Shown here piece after piece: positions 48,786 through 58,176 of a stretch of DNA of 64,000 bases (position 1 is the stretch's first letter; every line of letters begins with the position of its first letter). The position numbers and the translations under genes are program-made. The notes under the pieces are model-generated. The model made no database searches, was not told the DNA's origin, and was given only the letters and a program-made list of their open reading frames with translations. The DNA is from an uncultured OCS116 cluster bacterium (GTDB lineage Bacteria; Pseudomonadota; Alphaproteobacteria; Rhizobiales; TMED25). Location: assembly GCA_902613795.1 (NCBI GenBank), contig CACMIP010000001.1:42087-106086 (forward strand). Direction: 5' to 3'.

Positions 48786-50624
48786 TTAAAAAAACTCCCA
48801 CACGTAATTGTCTGTGTAATTATATCGACTGCCAGTGTTTTTGTTTATTTGTTGTGCATTAATTTTATCTGGGATTAAAAAATCACTCAACTGCATTTTA
48901 TCCACTAGATCAAGTGAGTTTGAAGCAATGTCATTCATAACGGTTATCAGATGATCTTCCTTTTGTAAGTTAACACCTGAAATAATAGCAAAAAAAGCAA
49001 CATTACCTGTAAATCTTAAATAAAATAATTTATCTTGATTTTGGTGGTAATAAAAGCAATTTCCCTGTTCAGCATATTTATTATTTTTGCTTATTTCTAT
49101 TTCCTCCATATTACAAAATAAGCTTTTTACTTTAAAGGCAATATCACTTTCAAGGAGCTTCACAATACCATCATCTTTATGTAAATAAATTTGATTCCCA
49201 TTCATATCATCAATTTTGTCCACATAATATGTTTCGAGCAGCAATCCGTCTGTAAGAATTGGAATGTATAATGATAAAACGTCATCTAAGTTCAATTCTA
49301 TTTTTTCATCCCAATTATAGGTAATGTCACCTCCATGCATTTTATCTTGAAGATACTCTAATAAATACACTTCAGCTTTACCCTTCAAATTTTTATCAGC
49401 TACAGCAGCATTTGAGCTAAATAATTCTCGTAGAGTGACAAGACTCGGATACGTATCTGTAGTGTCAATTTTTGTTGAGAGTAACTTTTTATTTAAATCT
49501 ATTCCCGAGCTTAAAATGCCGCCAAAATAAATAGGTCTCAATATTGATCTGGCATTTGTATTGATGTTATAGTTTTTTGTATTTTTTTGACTGTCTTGAA
49601 TCTCAACTAAAGTTCTTCCAGAAATTAGGGATATGATTTTAATATCAGCACTAAAATCCACCCGATTTTGCATCCCTCCGAGATTATTAATCTGGTCGCT
49701 AACATAATCTGTTGCGTTTTGATTAATGGTTAAGAAGTAAGTTAGACCGTAATTTCTGTCTGTATTAGCATTAAAGTAAAGATTACTCTTGACCTTGTCT
49801 TTAATACTCCCATCCAAAAGGTTTGGTTTGCTGTATAAATCACTATCAACGTAATTAATTTTCGATCCTTGCATGATCTCAGCCACTAGTTTTGTTATGA
49901 CACCATTTTCTGCCATTCTATCTAGAACCCAATCCCTTCGCTCTTTGATCGCTTCATAGTTTTCTTGAGGATCATAATTGCTTGGCGCTTTTGGAAGAGC
50001 AGCTAAAAGAGCCATTTCTTCAATATCCAATTCATTCAGAGTTTTTCCAAAATATTTCTCAGAGGCGGCAACTATCCCGAAAGCGCCCCTCCCTAAATAT
50101 ATTTCGTTTAAATACAACTCTAATATTTTATCTTTTGAGAGAGATCTCTCCAATTTAATAGCATAAATAATCTCTTTCAACTTTCGTGCAAAAGTCCGTT
50201 CATTATCGTTAAGTAAATTTTTAATTAATTGTTGGGTTATTGTCGAGGCACCAATTAACCTACTATTATCGCGCAGAAACAGATAGTTATAAATATTCTG
50301 TGACGTTGCCCTGATAATGCTTTTAAAATCAAATCCCGGATGGTCGAAAAAGCTTTTGTCCTCGGCAGATATGAATGCAAGCTTCAAATATTGTGGTATA
50401 TTCTGATCTGTCACATAAATACGGTGGACATCATATTCTTCTGCAATTAATACCCCGTCTTCTGAAAAAAATCTGTTTGCGCTAGTCGGTTGCGATTTTA
50501 AGATATTTTCGAAAGCAAAAGTATCTTTCGTGTAGTAAAAATACATGAATATTAACGCAACAAAAAAACTAACAGCCGCGAGTATGAATAAACTGAATAA
50601 AGCCGTTATAAACTTTAAGAACAA
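48786..50624 (-). CDS. Class-A-PBP-like protein: intact GT51 transglycosylase domain, C-terminal domain with degenerate transpeptidase motifs
   Basis: N-terminal TM. GT51 motifs SAEDKSFFDHPGFD, GASTITQQLIKN, RKLKEIIYAIKLE. The C-terminal 370 aa contain no SxxK. The best by-eye equivalents are SILRP (for SxxKP), SSN (SxN) and FTGN (for KTGT). Confidence 0.7.
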   Translation of the reverse strand: MFLKFITALFSLFILAAVSFFVALIFMYFYYTKDTFAFENILKSQPTSANRFFSEDGVLIAEEYDVHRIYVTDQNIPQYLKLAFISAEDKSFFDHPGFDFKSIIRATSQNIYNYLFLRDNSRLIGASTITQQLIKNLLNDNERTFARKLKEIIYAIKLERSLSKDKILELYLNEIYLGRGAFGIVAASEKYFGKTLNELDIEEMALLAALPKAPSNYDPQENYEAIKERRDWVLDRMAENGVITKLVAEIMQGSKINYVDSDLYSKPNLLDGSIKDKVKSNLYFNANTDRNYGLTYFLTINQNATDYVSDQINNLGGMQNRVDFSADIKIISLISGRTLVEIQDSQKNTKNYNINTNARSILRPIYFGGILSSGIDLNKKLLSTKIDTTDTYPSLVTLRELFSSNAAVADKNLKGKAEVYLLEYLQDKMHGGDITYNWDEKIELNLDDVLSLYIPILTDGLLLETYYVDKIDDMNGNQIYLHKDDGIVKLLESDIAFKVKSLFCNMEEIEISKNNKYAEQGNCFYYHQNQDKLFYLRFTGNVAFFAIISGVNLQKEDHLITVMNDIASNSLDLVDKMQLSDFLIPDKINAQQINKNTGSRYNYTDNYVWEFF

Positions 50625-50908
50625 TTTTATCCCCCATTTGGTAAAATTTTAATTTTCAATAAATCTTCTTGCTAAAATATCAAAATTATCAATATAATAT
50701 CAATTATTATATATTTTTAGAATCATAAATATATCATTGTTAGAGATTTTATTATGTTAAATATACACACAAACAAGCAAGAAAGAGTCTCATCGAGGTT
50801 CGGCTATATTTATCATAAAAACCCAATAAATTTAATAGCACGACCAAAAAATAGTAAGAATACTTACAGACTAAAGACTATTTGTGCTACAATCAAAAGG
50901 AATAAAAG

Positions 50909-52918
50909 ATGCCATACCGAATGCTCATCGATGCAAATCATGATGAGGAAACTAGAGTCATTGTTCTCAATAAAGAAGGTAAAATTGAAGAATTTGATAT
51001 TGAGGCCAAAGATAGAAACCAAATCCGCGGAAATATATACTTAGCAAAAGTTACAAGAGTAGAGCCTTCACTTCAGGCTGCATTTGTTGAATACGGTGGT
51101 AATAGACATGGCTTTCTTGCCTTTAATGAGATACACCCAGATTATTATCAAATACCAACATCCGAAAGAAAAAAGCTGCTTGATGAGGAATCGGAATTAG
51201 CAACAAATACTGACACTTCTGTAGATATTAATGAGCCTGAATCTGATGAAGCTGAGGGTATTATAAATCACGAAGAGTCTAGGGGAGACTACAAGCAGAG
51301 AAAACGATATAAAATACAAGAGGTAATAAAAAAAAGACAAATCATACTTGTGCAAGTTACAAAGGAAGAGAGAGGTAACAAAGGGGCCGCGTTGACGTCA
51401 TATATCTCACTAGCAGGTCGCTATTGTGTCTTAATGCCAAATACCGCAAGAGGTGGTGGAATATCTCGCAAGATATCCGATGTTAAGACACGAAATAAAA
51501 TCAAAGCCTCGATAGACTCGCTCAAGATACCAGATGGGATGGGAGTCATAATAAGAACTGCAGGTGCTCAAAGGACAAAAACAGAAATTAAGCGAGATTT
51601 TGAATATCTAACTCGTTTATGGCAAACGATAAGGGACCTAACCTTGAATTCTTCAGCACCCGAGCTAATTTATGAAGAGGGCAGCCTAGTTAAAAGGTCA
51701 ATCCGAGACCTCTACAATAAAGATGTCGAAGAAATTGTAATTTCTGGCGAGAACGCATTTATTGAGGCAAAAAACTTTATGAAAATGCTTATTCCTAGCC
51801 ATGTTAAATTTATAAAAAAATATTTGGACACCGTCCCCCTTTTCATTAAGTATGATGCCGAGTCCGAGCTAGATAATATGTTCCATGAAAATGTAAGACT
51901 TCCTTCTGGTGGATACCTCGTTATCAATCAAACAGAAGCGCTCGTTGCTATTGACGTAAACTCAGGTAGGTCAACCAGAGAGCACAATATTGAAGATACG
52001 GCTCTCCGTACAAATCTTGAGGCGTCAGATGAAGTGGCTCGACAGTTGAGACTCAGGGATTTAGCTGGTCTTATTGTTATCGATTATATCGACATGGAGG
52101 AACGAAGAAATAATAGATCAGTTGAGAAGCAATTAAAAGATGCGCTGCGAGCTGATAGAGCGAGAATACAAGTTGGCCACATTAGCCAATTTGGATTGAT
52201 GGAGATGTCAAGGCAGAGAATGAGATCCTCACTTTTAGAAAAAGCTGGATCGATCAGCTCCCAGTCCGTTCAAATCATTCGCGCTATTGAACAAGATCTT
52301 TTCAAAAACGGTAAAAATAATATCGAGCTTTATACAAATAATGAACTATCTGGTTACTTACTCAACACCAAAAGGAAAAATTTATACGAAATAGAAGACA
52401 GATATGGAATAACGATTGAAATAAAAGTTGCGGAGATTGATGGGGATGAAATATTTAAAATTGAACGAAGCGAATTAAAACTAAATCCTAAGCTGTCCAA
52501 CTCAGCGGTAAGTATAGATAGCGTTTACGAAGATAAATCAGATGTTAAAACATCTATTGATGATAAAGCGGAGCAAGAAATTAATGTAAAAACGGAACCC
52601 AAACCCAAACAAACTGCAAAGCGCAAGTCACCAGCAATCCAGAAAAAAATAAAAACCGCGAATAAGCACACAAATAAAAAAGATAAATCAGAGATGGATG
52701 AAGAAATAGCCGATACCAAAACCACAGCAAAGCCTACGAAAAAGAAAAAAGTGGAAACAAATAAGCGCAATAAGACAAAAGCCAGTGATCCAGTGGAAGG
52801 TAAGAAAATAACGAGAGCAAAGAAAGTAACCGCTAAGAAAAAACCTCCTAGTAAGGAAAAAGTAGAGAATACGCTGAAGCCAGTTGAAAATCCAAAAACG
52901 GGTTGGTGGGATGATTAA
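50909..52918 (+). CDS. rne: Ribonuclease E
   Basis: S1 domain with an acidic insertion. Catalytic core (AIDVNSGR, LAGLIVIDYIDM). Lys-rich C-terminal tail ending KTGWWDD. Confidence 0.9.
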   Translation: MPYRMLIDANHDEETRVIVLNKEGKIEEFDIEAKDRNQIRGNIYLAKVTRVEPSLQAAFVEYGGNRHGFLAFNEIHPDYYQIPTSERKKLLDEESELATNTDTSVDINEPESDEAEGIINHEESRGDYKQRKRYKIQEVIKKRQIILVQVTKEERGNKGAALTSYISLAGRYCVLMPNTARGGGISRKISDVKTRNKIKASIDSLKIPDGMGVIIRTAGAQRTKTEIKRDFEYLTRLWQTIRDLTLNSSAPELIYEEGSLVKRSIRDLYNKDVEEIVISGENAFIEAKNFMKMLIPSHVKFIKKYLDTVPLFIKYDAESELDNMFHENVRLPSGGYLVINQTEALVAIDVNSGRSTREHNIEDTALRTNLEASDEVARQLRLRDLAGLIVIDYIDMEERRNNRSVEKQLKDALRADRARIQVGHISQFGLMEMSRQRMRSSLLEKAGSISSQSVQIIRAIEQDLFKNGKNNIELYTNNELSGYLLNTKRKNLYEIEDRYGITIEIKVAEIDGDEIFKIERSELKLNPKLSNSAVSIDSVYEDKSDVKTSIDDKAEQEINVKTEPKPKQTAKRKSPAIQKKIKTANKHTNKKDKSEMDEEIADTKTTAKPTKKKKVETNKRNKTKASDPVEGKKITRAKKVTAKKKPPSKEKVENTLKPVENPKTGWWDD

Positions 52919-54248
52919 TGGAAATCGGATTTTTTTAAATACATTAAATAAATGCATACTTATCCTATTTATTCTATTTTTTCCAATAAGTGACACTTAT
53001 TCAAAAACAATTGTTAAAGATGCAGAAATTGAAAAGCTCTTGTCCGAGTATACCGCTGATCTTCATAAAATTGGACTTGGGGTAACAAGTCAAAATATAT
53101 TCATTGTATCAGATCAAAGTATTAATGCGTTCGTAACTGCTCAGGGCAATATATACATAAATACCGGCTTAATATATCACGCAGATAGACCAAATGAGGT
53201 TAAATCTATAATTGCACACGAGATTGGTCACATTTTGAACAATCATCACATAACTCGGATGATTGAATACGAAAACTTCCAAAAAAAACAAAAAATTGCG
53301 CAAATTATTGGCATTGGCACTGGCTTAACCGGAATGCTTACTGACACAGATGCAATGTCTGATATTGGTACCGGGATTACGCTCGGCGGCTCGGATCTTG
53401 CAAGAAGAGATTATCTTCAACATTCACGGGTCCAAGAATATGAAGCTGATATGAGCGCCATTAGTATGATGGAGTCGATCGGGGAGTCATCAAATGGCTT
53501 GCTTCAAATGCTCGAAAAAATTAAAAAATCACAACTAGTCTATAGCGTTGACATAAATCCTTTAGAGTTAACCCATGAATTACCCCAAGACAGAATAGAT
53601 TTTCTAAAAAACAAAATATCAAAACAGAGATCTTACGAAGTTCAAGATAGCGAAGAACTCATACATAGGCATAATCTAGCCAGGGCTAAAATAATTGGCT
53701 ATCTAGATCTCCCAAATAAATTCGTTGAAGATACACCATATGCAAATTATTCAAAAGCAATATCATACTATCAAAAAGGTAAGTATGAAAAATCAAAATC
53801 TATAATGATTAGGTTGATTGAAGAATTTGAATATGCATATTTTTATGAACTTTTAGCGCAGATATATTTTGAAATTAACGAGTATGAACTTGCAATAGAG
53901 ACCCTAAAAAGGGGTAAAACTCTTCTTGATCAGCCCGAGTTAGAGTTTTCAATACTTCATGCAAAAATTCTCACTAAAATCGATGGAGATGAAAATATAC
54001 GTGAAAGCATCTCACTTCTAGATCCTCACAAAGACCAAACTATAAGGAATGTTAGAGTTTATTGGCAGCTATCAAAGTCATATTTTAAACTAAATAATAT
54101 CCCGATGGCTGACCTTAGTGTTGCTCAATACTATTCAATACTTGGATACAAAGACATGGCACGCAACTTTGCAAAGCGTGCAAAGAATGGGCTAACTCCA
54201 TACTCATCAGAATGGCTTCTGGCAGACGACATTCAAAATATTAACTGA
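52911..54248 (+). CDS. M48-family metalloprotease with TPR-like C-terminal domain (BepA/YfgC-like)
   Basis: HEIGHILNNH (HExxH). Signal/anchor sequence. The start ATG at 52911 overlaps the rne stop; the track start 52884 is also possible. Confidence 0.75.
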   Translation: MINGNRIFLNTLNKCILILFILFFPISDTYSKTIVKDAEIEKLLSEYTADLHKIGLGVTSQNIFIVSDQSINAFVTAQGNIYINTGLIYHADRPNEVKSIIAHEIGHILNNHHITRMIEYENFQKKQKIAQIIGIGTGLTGMLTDTDAMSDIGTGITLGGSDLARRDYLQHSRVQEYEADMSAISMMESIGESSNGLLQMLEKIKKSQLVYSVDINPLELTHELPQDRIDFLKNKISKQRSYEVQDSEELIHRHNLARAKIIGYLDLPNKFVEDTPYANYSKAISYYQKGKYEKSKSIMIRLIEEFEYAYFYELLAQIYFEINEYELAIETLKRGKTLLDQPELEFSILHAKILTKIDGDENIRESISLLDPHKDQTIRNVRVYWQLSKSYFKLNNIPMADLSVAQYYSILGYKDMARNFAKRAKNGLTPYSSEWLLADDIQNIN

Positions 54249-54299
54249 ATAAATAAATAATTAGTTCAAATTTAATCAAATATGGTCTTTAATGACCTC

Positions 54300-54752
54300 A
54301 TGAGTTACAATTCTAAAATTTTCATTATTAATGGACCCAATCTTAACTTGTTAGGTAAAAGGGAGCCCGAACATTATGGTAATAAGACACTGAATGATAT
54401 AAAAGAAAACTGCATAAAATATGTAGCAAAAAAAAATATTGAATTAATATTTGAACAATCAAATGATGAAAGTGTAATAATTGAGATGATACAAACCGCC
54501 TCAGATAGTGATGGTATAATAATAAACGCAGGCGCTTATACACATACATCCATTGCAATTCATGACGCGCTAAAATCGTCAAATTCACCTGCAATAGAGG
54601 TTCATTTATCAAATATACACAAAAGAGAAGAGTTCAGGCATAAATCATATATCTCAGGTGTAGTAGACGGTATAATAATAGGGCTTGGTGACCAAGGGTA
54701 CATATTGGCAATAGATGCAGTCACAAAAATAATGAATGAAAGAGTCAGCTGA
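54300..54752 (+). CDS. aroQ: 3-dehydroquinate dehydratase type II
   Basis: IFIINGPNLNLLGKREPEHYG and NAGAYTHTSIA...H.SN motifs. ATG 54300 is preferred over the track start 54282. Confidence 0.9.
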   Translation: MSYNSKIFIINGPNLNLLGKREPEHYGNKTLNDIKENCIKYVAKKNIELIFEQSNDESVIIEMIQTASDSDGIIINAGAYTHTSIAIHDALKSSNSPAIEVHLSNIHKREEFRHKSYISGVVDGIIIGLGDQGYILAIDAVTKIMNERVS

Positions 54753-55234
54753 TGGTAAAAAAACCCATAAATGAGATTGAGATAATTAGAGAGATCTCAA
54801 CCATTATAAAAGATCAAAATCTTTCTGAAATTGAAATAGAAAGAGATGGTGTAAAAATTAGAGTGCAAAATCAAAGTTTACAGACCAACCAAGTCATTCA
54901 AACCATTGCACCACCATCGCCAAATCAAGTTACAGCCCCACAACCTACTCCTGCAGTTAGCGATGATCCAGTAGTCCCAGCTCCATCAAAAAATGAAAGT
55001 TCAAAATACGTAAAATCACCAATGGTAGGTACCTGCTATTTATCGCCCGAGCCTGGCAGTAAACCGTTTATTGAAATTGGAAAAAAAATCAATAAGGGAG
55101 ATCCTATTATCATCATTGAGGCGATGAAAACCTTCAACACAATACCAAGCACTGAGACGGGCATCATAAAAAATATATTTGTTACTGATGGACAACCAAT
55201 TGAATTTGGCGAAGATATCATAGAAATAGAATGA
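54752..55234 (+). CDS. accB: Biotin carboxyl carrier protein of acetyl-CoA carboxylase
   Basis: Pro/Ala linker and biotinyl-Lys motif IEAMKTFN. TGATG overlap with aroQ. Confidence 0.9.
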   Translation: MVKKPINEIEIIREISTIIKDQNLSEIEIERDGVKIRVQNQSLQTNQVIQTIAPPSPNQVTAPQPTPAVSDDPVVPAPSKNESSKYVKSPMVGTCYLSPEPGSKPFIEIGKKINKGDPIIIIEAMKTFNTIPSTETGIIKNIFVTDGQPIEFGEDIIEIE

Positions 55235-56577
55235 AGAAATTTTTCGAGAAGGTCTTAATTGCCAATCGGGGTGAAATAGCACTTAGGGTTCATCGTGCAT
55301 GCAAAGAACTGGGAATTAAGACTGTTGCAGTTCACTCTTCAGCTGATAATGAAGCTATGCATGTTAAATTAGCAGATGAGAGTGTTTGTATTGGACCACC
55401 CCAAGCAAAAGATAGCTACTTAAATATTCCTTCGATCATATCTGCCTGTGAAATAACTGGTGCAGAAGCAGTTCATCCAGGATACGGTTTTTTATCTGAG
55501 AATGCTCACTTTGCAGAAATACTTGAGGCTCATAATCTTACATTTATTGGACCTAGCTCGGAGCACATCCAGATTATGGGAGATAAAATAACAGCAAAAG
55601 AGACCGTATCAAAATTAGGAATACCGGTTGTGCCAGGTTCTGATGGCAAAATTGAGGACCTAAGTCACGCAAAAAAGATTGCCGATGAAATAGGTTATCC
55701 AATACTAATCAAGGCCTCATCCGGAGGTGGCGGTAAAGGAATGAAAATTGCGCATACCTCAACAGATCTTGAAAATGCATTCAATCTCGCAAAAGTTGAG
55801 GCTAAAGCATCATTTGGAGACGACACGGTCTACATTGAAAAATATTTAAATGCCCCGAGACATATTGAGATTCAGATATTTGGAGATAAGCATGGAAATG
55901 CAATACACCTCGGGGAAAGGGATTGTTCTTTGCAAAGAAGAAATCAAAAAGTTCTTGAAGAGGCAACCTCGCCCGTTATTGATGATAAGCAGAGAGAAAA
56001 AATTGGTAATATTGCGTCTCAAGCCATATCAAAGCTTGGATATGTTGGTGCTGGAACTATTGAATTTTTATATCAAAATGGAGAATTTTACTTTATTGAA
56101 ATGAACACAAGATTACAGGTTGAGCATCCAATAACAGAAATAATTACAAACATTGATTTAGTAAAAGAGCAAATATCTGTTGCAGCAGGTAACAAACTAT
56201 CCTTAAAACAAGAAAATGTGATGATTAATGGTCACGCGATAGAATGCAGAATTAATGCTGAAAATCCGGAGACATTCGTTCCTTCGGCTGGTAAAATTAT
56301 AGCCTATCACCCAGCAAGTGGGCCAGGTGTGAGGGTTGATAGTGCTGCATATGCAGGATACTCAATCCCACCATACTATGACAGCATGATTGGCAAATTA
56401 ATAGTTTTTGGCCAAGATAGAAATGACTGCCTTGCGAAGCTTGATAGGGCGCTAGATGAATTTGTAATTGAGGGCGTAGAGACAACACTTCCATTATTTA
56501 AAGACCTACTCAGAAATAAAGATATTCAAGAGGGTAATTATAATATCCACTGGCTAGAAAAATACCTTGACCAATAA
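55231..56577 (+). CDS. accC: Biotin carboxylase
   Basis: ATP-grasp motifs (KASSGGGGKGM, EMNTRLQVEHP). ATGA overlap with accB. Confidence 0.95.
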   Translation: MKKFFEKVLIANRGEIALRVHRACKELGIKTVAVHSSADNEAMHVKLADESVCIGPPQAKDSYLNIPSIISACEITGAEAVHPGYGFLSENAHFAEILEAHNLTFIGPSSEHIQIMGDKITAKETVSKLGIPVVPGSDGKIEDLSHAKKIADEIGYPILIKASSGGGGKGMKIAHTSTDLENAFNLAKVEAKASFGDDTVYIEKYLNAPRHIEIQIFGDKHGNAIHLGERDCSLQRRNQKVLEEATSPVIDDKQREKIGNIASQAISKLGYVGAGTIEFLYQNGEFYFIEMNTRLQVEHPITEIITNIDLVKEQISVAAGNKLSLKQENVMINGHAIECRINAENPETFVPSAGKIIAYHPASGPGVRVDSAAYAGYSIPPYYDSMIGKLIVFGQDRNDCLAKLDRALDEFVIEGVETTLPLFKDLLRNKDIQEGNYNIHWLEKYLDQ

Positions 56578-56584
56578 CTTAGTT

Positions 56585-57028
56585 TTATTGTTTGATCTCG
56601 TTTAATATTATCTCTTCTTTGTCATGACAATCTTGCAGACGTATTTCGTAGTATGAATTCTCCATTTCAGAATTCAAACTTGGATTTTGGTTATATAATA
56701 GGAAATTTCTGTAAATTCTCGTCTCATTTGGCTCGTTGCGCTCTATATCAATATTACCAACTAGCTCCCGTGGGGAAATTAGTTCAAAACATGAATTTAC
56801 CTTTATAACTAAATTCTTATATTGCGTCTCTGAGTTCATTGGAATAGTTAGAACTTTACGATCCAGGTTTATCGTATTTGAGATCAAAATAACCGCATTT
56901 TTATATTTTGTAACTTGTTCTGCAAATATTTCTGATATTGATACAATCAAATAAATTGAAAAAAAGAATAATCTCAGAATTTGATTAACTTGTTGTATTG
57001 CTTGATCCTCAAGAGCCAAATACTGCAT
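56585..57028 (-). CDS. DUF2155-like secreted protein
   Basis: Signal-like segment ILRLFFFSIYLIVSISEIFA. From memory, the pattern LDR.....L.I........NL.I.V..C ... YEIRLQDC resembles DUF2155, which commonly follows mlaD/NDUFA12 in alphaproteobacteria. Start uncertain (57043 or 57028). Confidence 0.45.
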   Translation of the reverse strand: MQYLALEDQAIQQVNQILRLFFFSIYLIVSISEIFAEQVTKYKNAVILISNTINLDRKVLTIPMNSETQYKNLVIKVNSCFELISPRELVGNIDIERNEPNETRIYRNFLLYNQNPSLNSEMENSYYEIRLQDCHDKEEIILNEIKQ

Positions 57029-57455
57029 TACCAAGCAGTCCAATAAGATCGATTGATCCCTGAGTTAACTCTATAGAGTCTCCTGCAATAAGCATTTCAT
57101 CTGAGCCCCCTGGTTCAATGGCAACATAGTTCCCCCCTAAGAGCCCTTCAGAACTGATTTTAGCGCTGCTGTCAGTAGGTATCTTTATCTCGTTATTAAT
57201 TTGCATCAAAACCACTGCATCATATGTTTGCCCATCAAGATTTTGCGATGTAACTGAGCCAATTTTTATTCCAGACAACCTGACGTCTGCACCCGTCATA
57301 AGACCCGAAACCTCAGTGAATATTGCAGATATTTCATAAGTTTGAGAAGAATTGCTTTTACCTGAATTCGTATAAGCATAGTAAAAAAATATAATCGCAA
57401 CCAATATTACACCCAGTCCAACAAGGCTTTCAAAAAAATTACTTTTCATGCGCAC
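57009..57455 (-). CDS. mlaD: MlaD/MCE-domain protein
   Basis: N-terminal TM. MCE core FTEVSGLMTGADVRLSGIKIGSV. Confidence 0.7.
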   Translation of the reverse strand: MRMKSNFFESLVGLGVILVAIIFFYYAYTNSGKSNSSQTYEISAIFTEVSGLMTGADVRLSGIKIGSVTSQNLDGQTYDAVVLMQINNEIKIPTDSSAKISSEGLLGGNYVAIEPGGSDEMLIAGDSIELTQGSIDLIGLLGNAVFGS

Positions 57456-57468
57456 ATCCCTATTTTAG

Positions 57469-57858
57469 TTACGGACTCCAAGACTCATAGTTTCCTTTTT
57501 GCTCATCATTAACTATTTTTTTAGATAAACTACCTGATGGTCGATATGCACTATCGGAGCCAGTAAGGTTCGGCAAATGACTTTTCATCCACTTTTTGTC
57601 AGATCTCTCGTCATCAGAGGGTATTTCATCAACAACCCCGTGCAACCAAGTATGCCACTTTGCGGGTACTTTTGAAGAGTCCACATAGCCATTATAGATA
57701 ACCCATCTTCTTTTCTTGTTGGCCCCCACTTTGCTTATGTAGTATTTATTTCCAAATTGATCTTGTCCAATATTTTGGCCAAATAGCCTTGTATATAACA
57801 TCGTTGAGATAGTTTGTCCGTTCCACCAAGTGAAAGCTTGTTTTATAAGTCTGAGCAT
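57469..57858 (-). CDS. NADH:ubiquinone oxidoreductase 17.2-kDa subunit homologue (NDUFA12 family)
   Basis: GQDQFGNKYY......RRWVIYNG...S.VPA.WH.WLH pattern typical of NDUFA12-like proteins. Confidence 0.8.
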   Translation of the reverse strand: MLRLIKQAFTWWNGQTISTMLYTRLFGQNIGQDQFGNKYYISKVGANKKRRWVIYNGYVDSSKVPAKWHTWLHGVVDEIPSDDERSDKKWMKSHLPNLTGSDSAYRPSGSLSKKIVNDEQKGNYESWSP

Positions 57859-58058
57859 TTTAATTTCTTAATAAATTAAATATTATGTTACATAAAAAAA
57901 GAATCAAGTTAGTTTTATATTTAAATAACAAATTTTATATTAACATATAGTTTTTTATTTACTTTCTGAAAAAAAACTTTTTTTCTGAACAAACTTTACT
58001 TTTTGGTAAGGATCTACATATAGTATGTGTTGTATCTTTTACAGCACTAATTATTGTA

Positions 58059-58070
58059 TTTGTGCACAAA
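58059..58070. promoter_or_regulatory. Perfect 12-bp palindrome in the nrdJ upstream region (candidate operator)
   Basis: TTTGTGCACAAA, 107 nt upstream of the nrdJ ATG. Its GTGCAC core stands out in very AT-rich DNA. No known consensus assigned. Confidence 0.2.
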
Positions 58071-58176
58071 AGTAAAACATTGTTAAAAAGTATAAATAAT
58101 TAAAATTATCTGTAGACATAAACAACAAAAAAATTAAATTAGTAGTTCTGCGAGTACACAAGAAAGAAGGAATAAG

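Noticed and set aside
48517-48789. 90-aa + ORF
   Set aside because: Antisense to the 5' (pre-frameshift) part of prfB. It appears only because prfB was split by the frameshift.
50754-51044. 96-aa + ORF in the rne leader, overlapping the rne start
   Set aside because: Out of frame with rne, basic low-complexity product, no RBS. The region is more plausibly the rne 5' UTR.
57859-58176. Cobalamin riboswitch or NrdR boxes upstream of nrdJ
   Set aside because: There is no B12-box-like GC-rich core in this AT-rich stretch. The best palindrome (ACATATAGTATGT) has odd length and fits the 16-bp acaCwAtATaTwGtgt NrdR consensus poorly. The spacing of the candidate sites (about 42 bp) is not NrdR-like.
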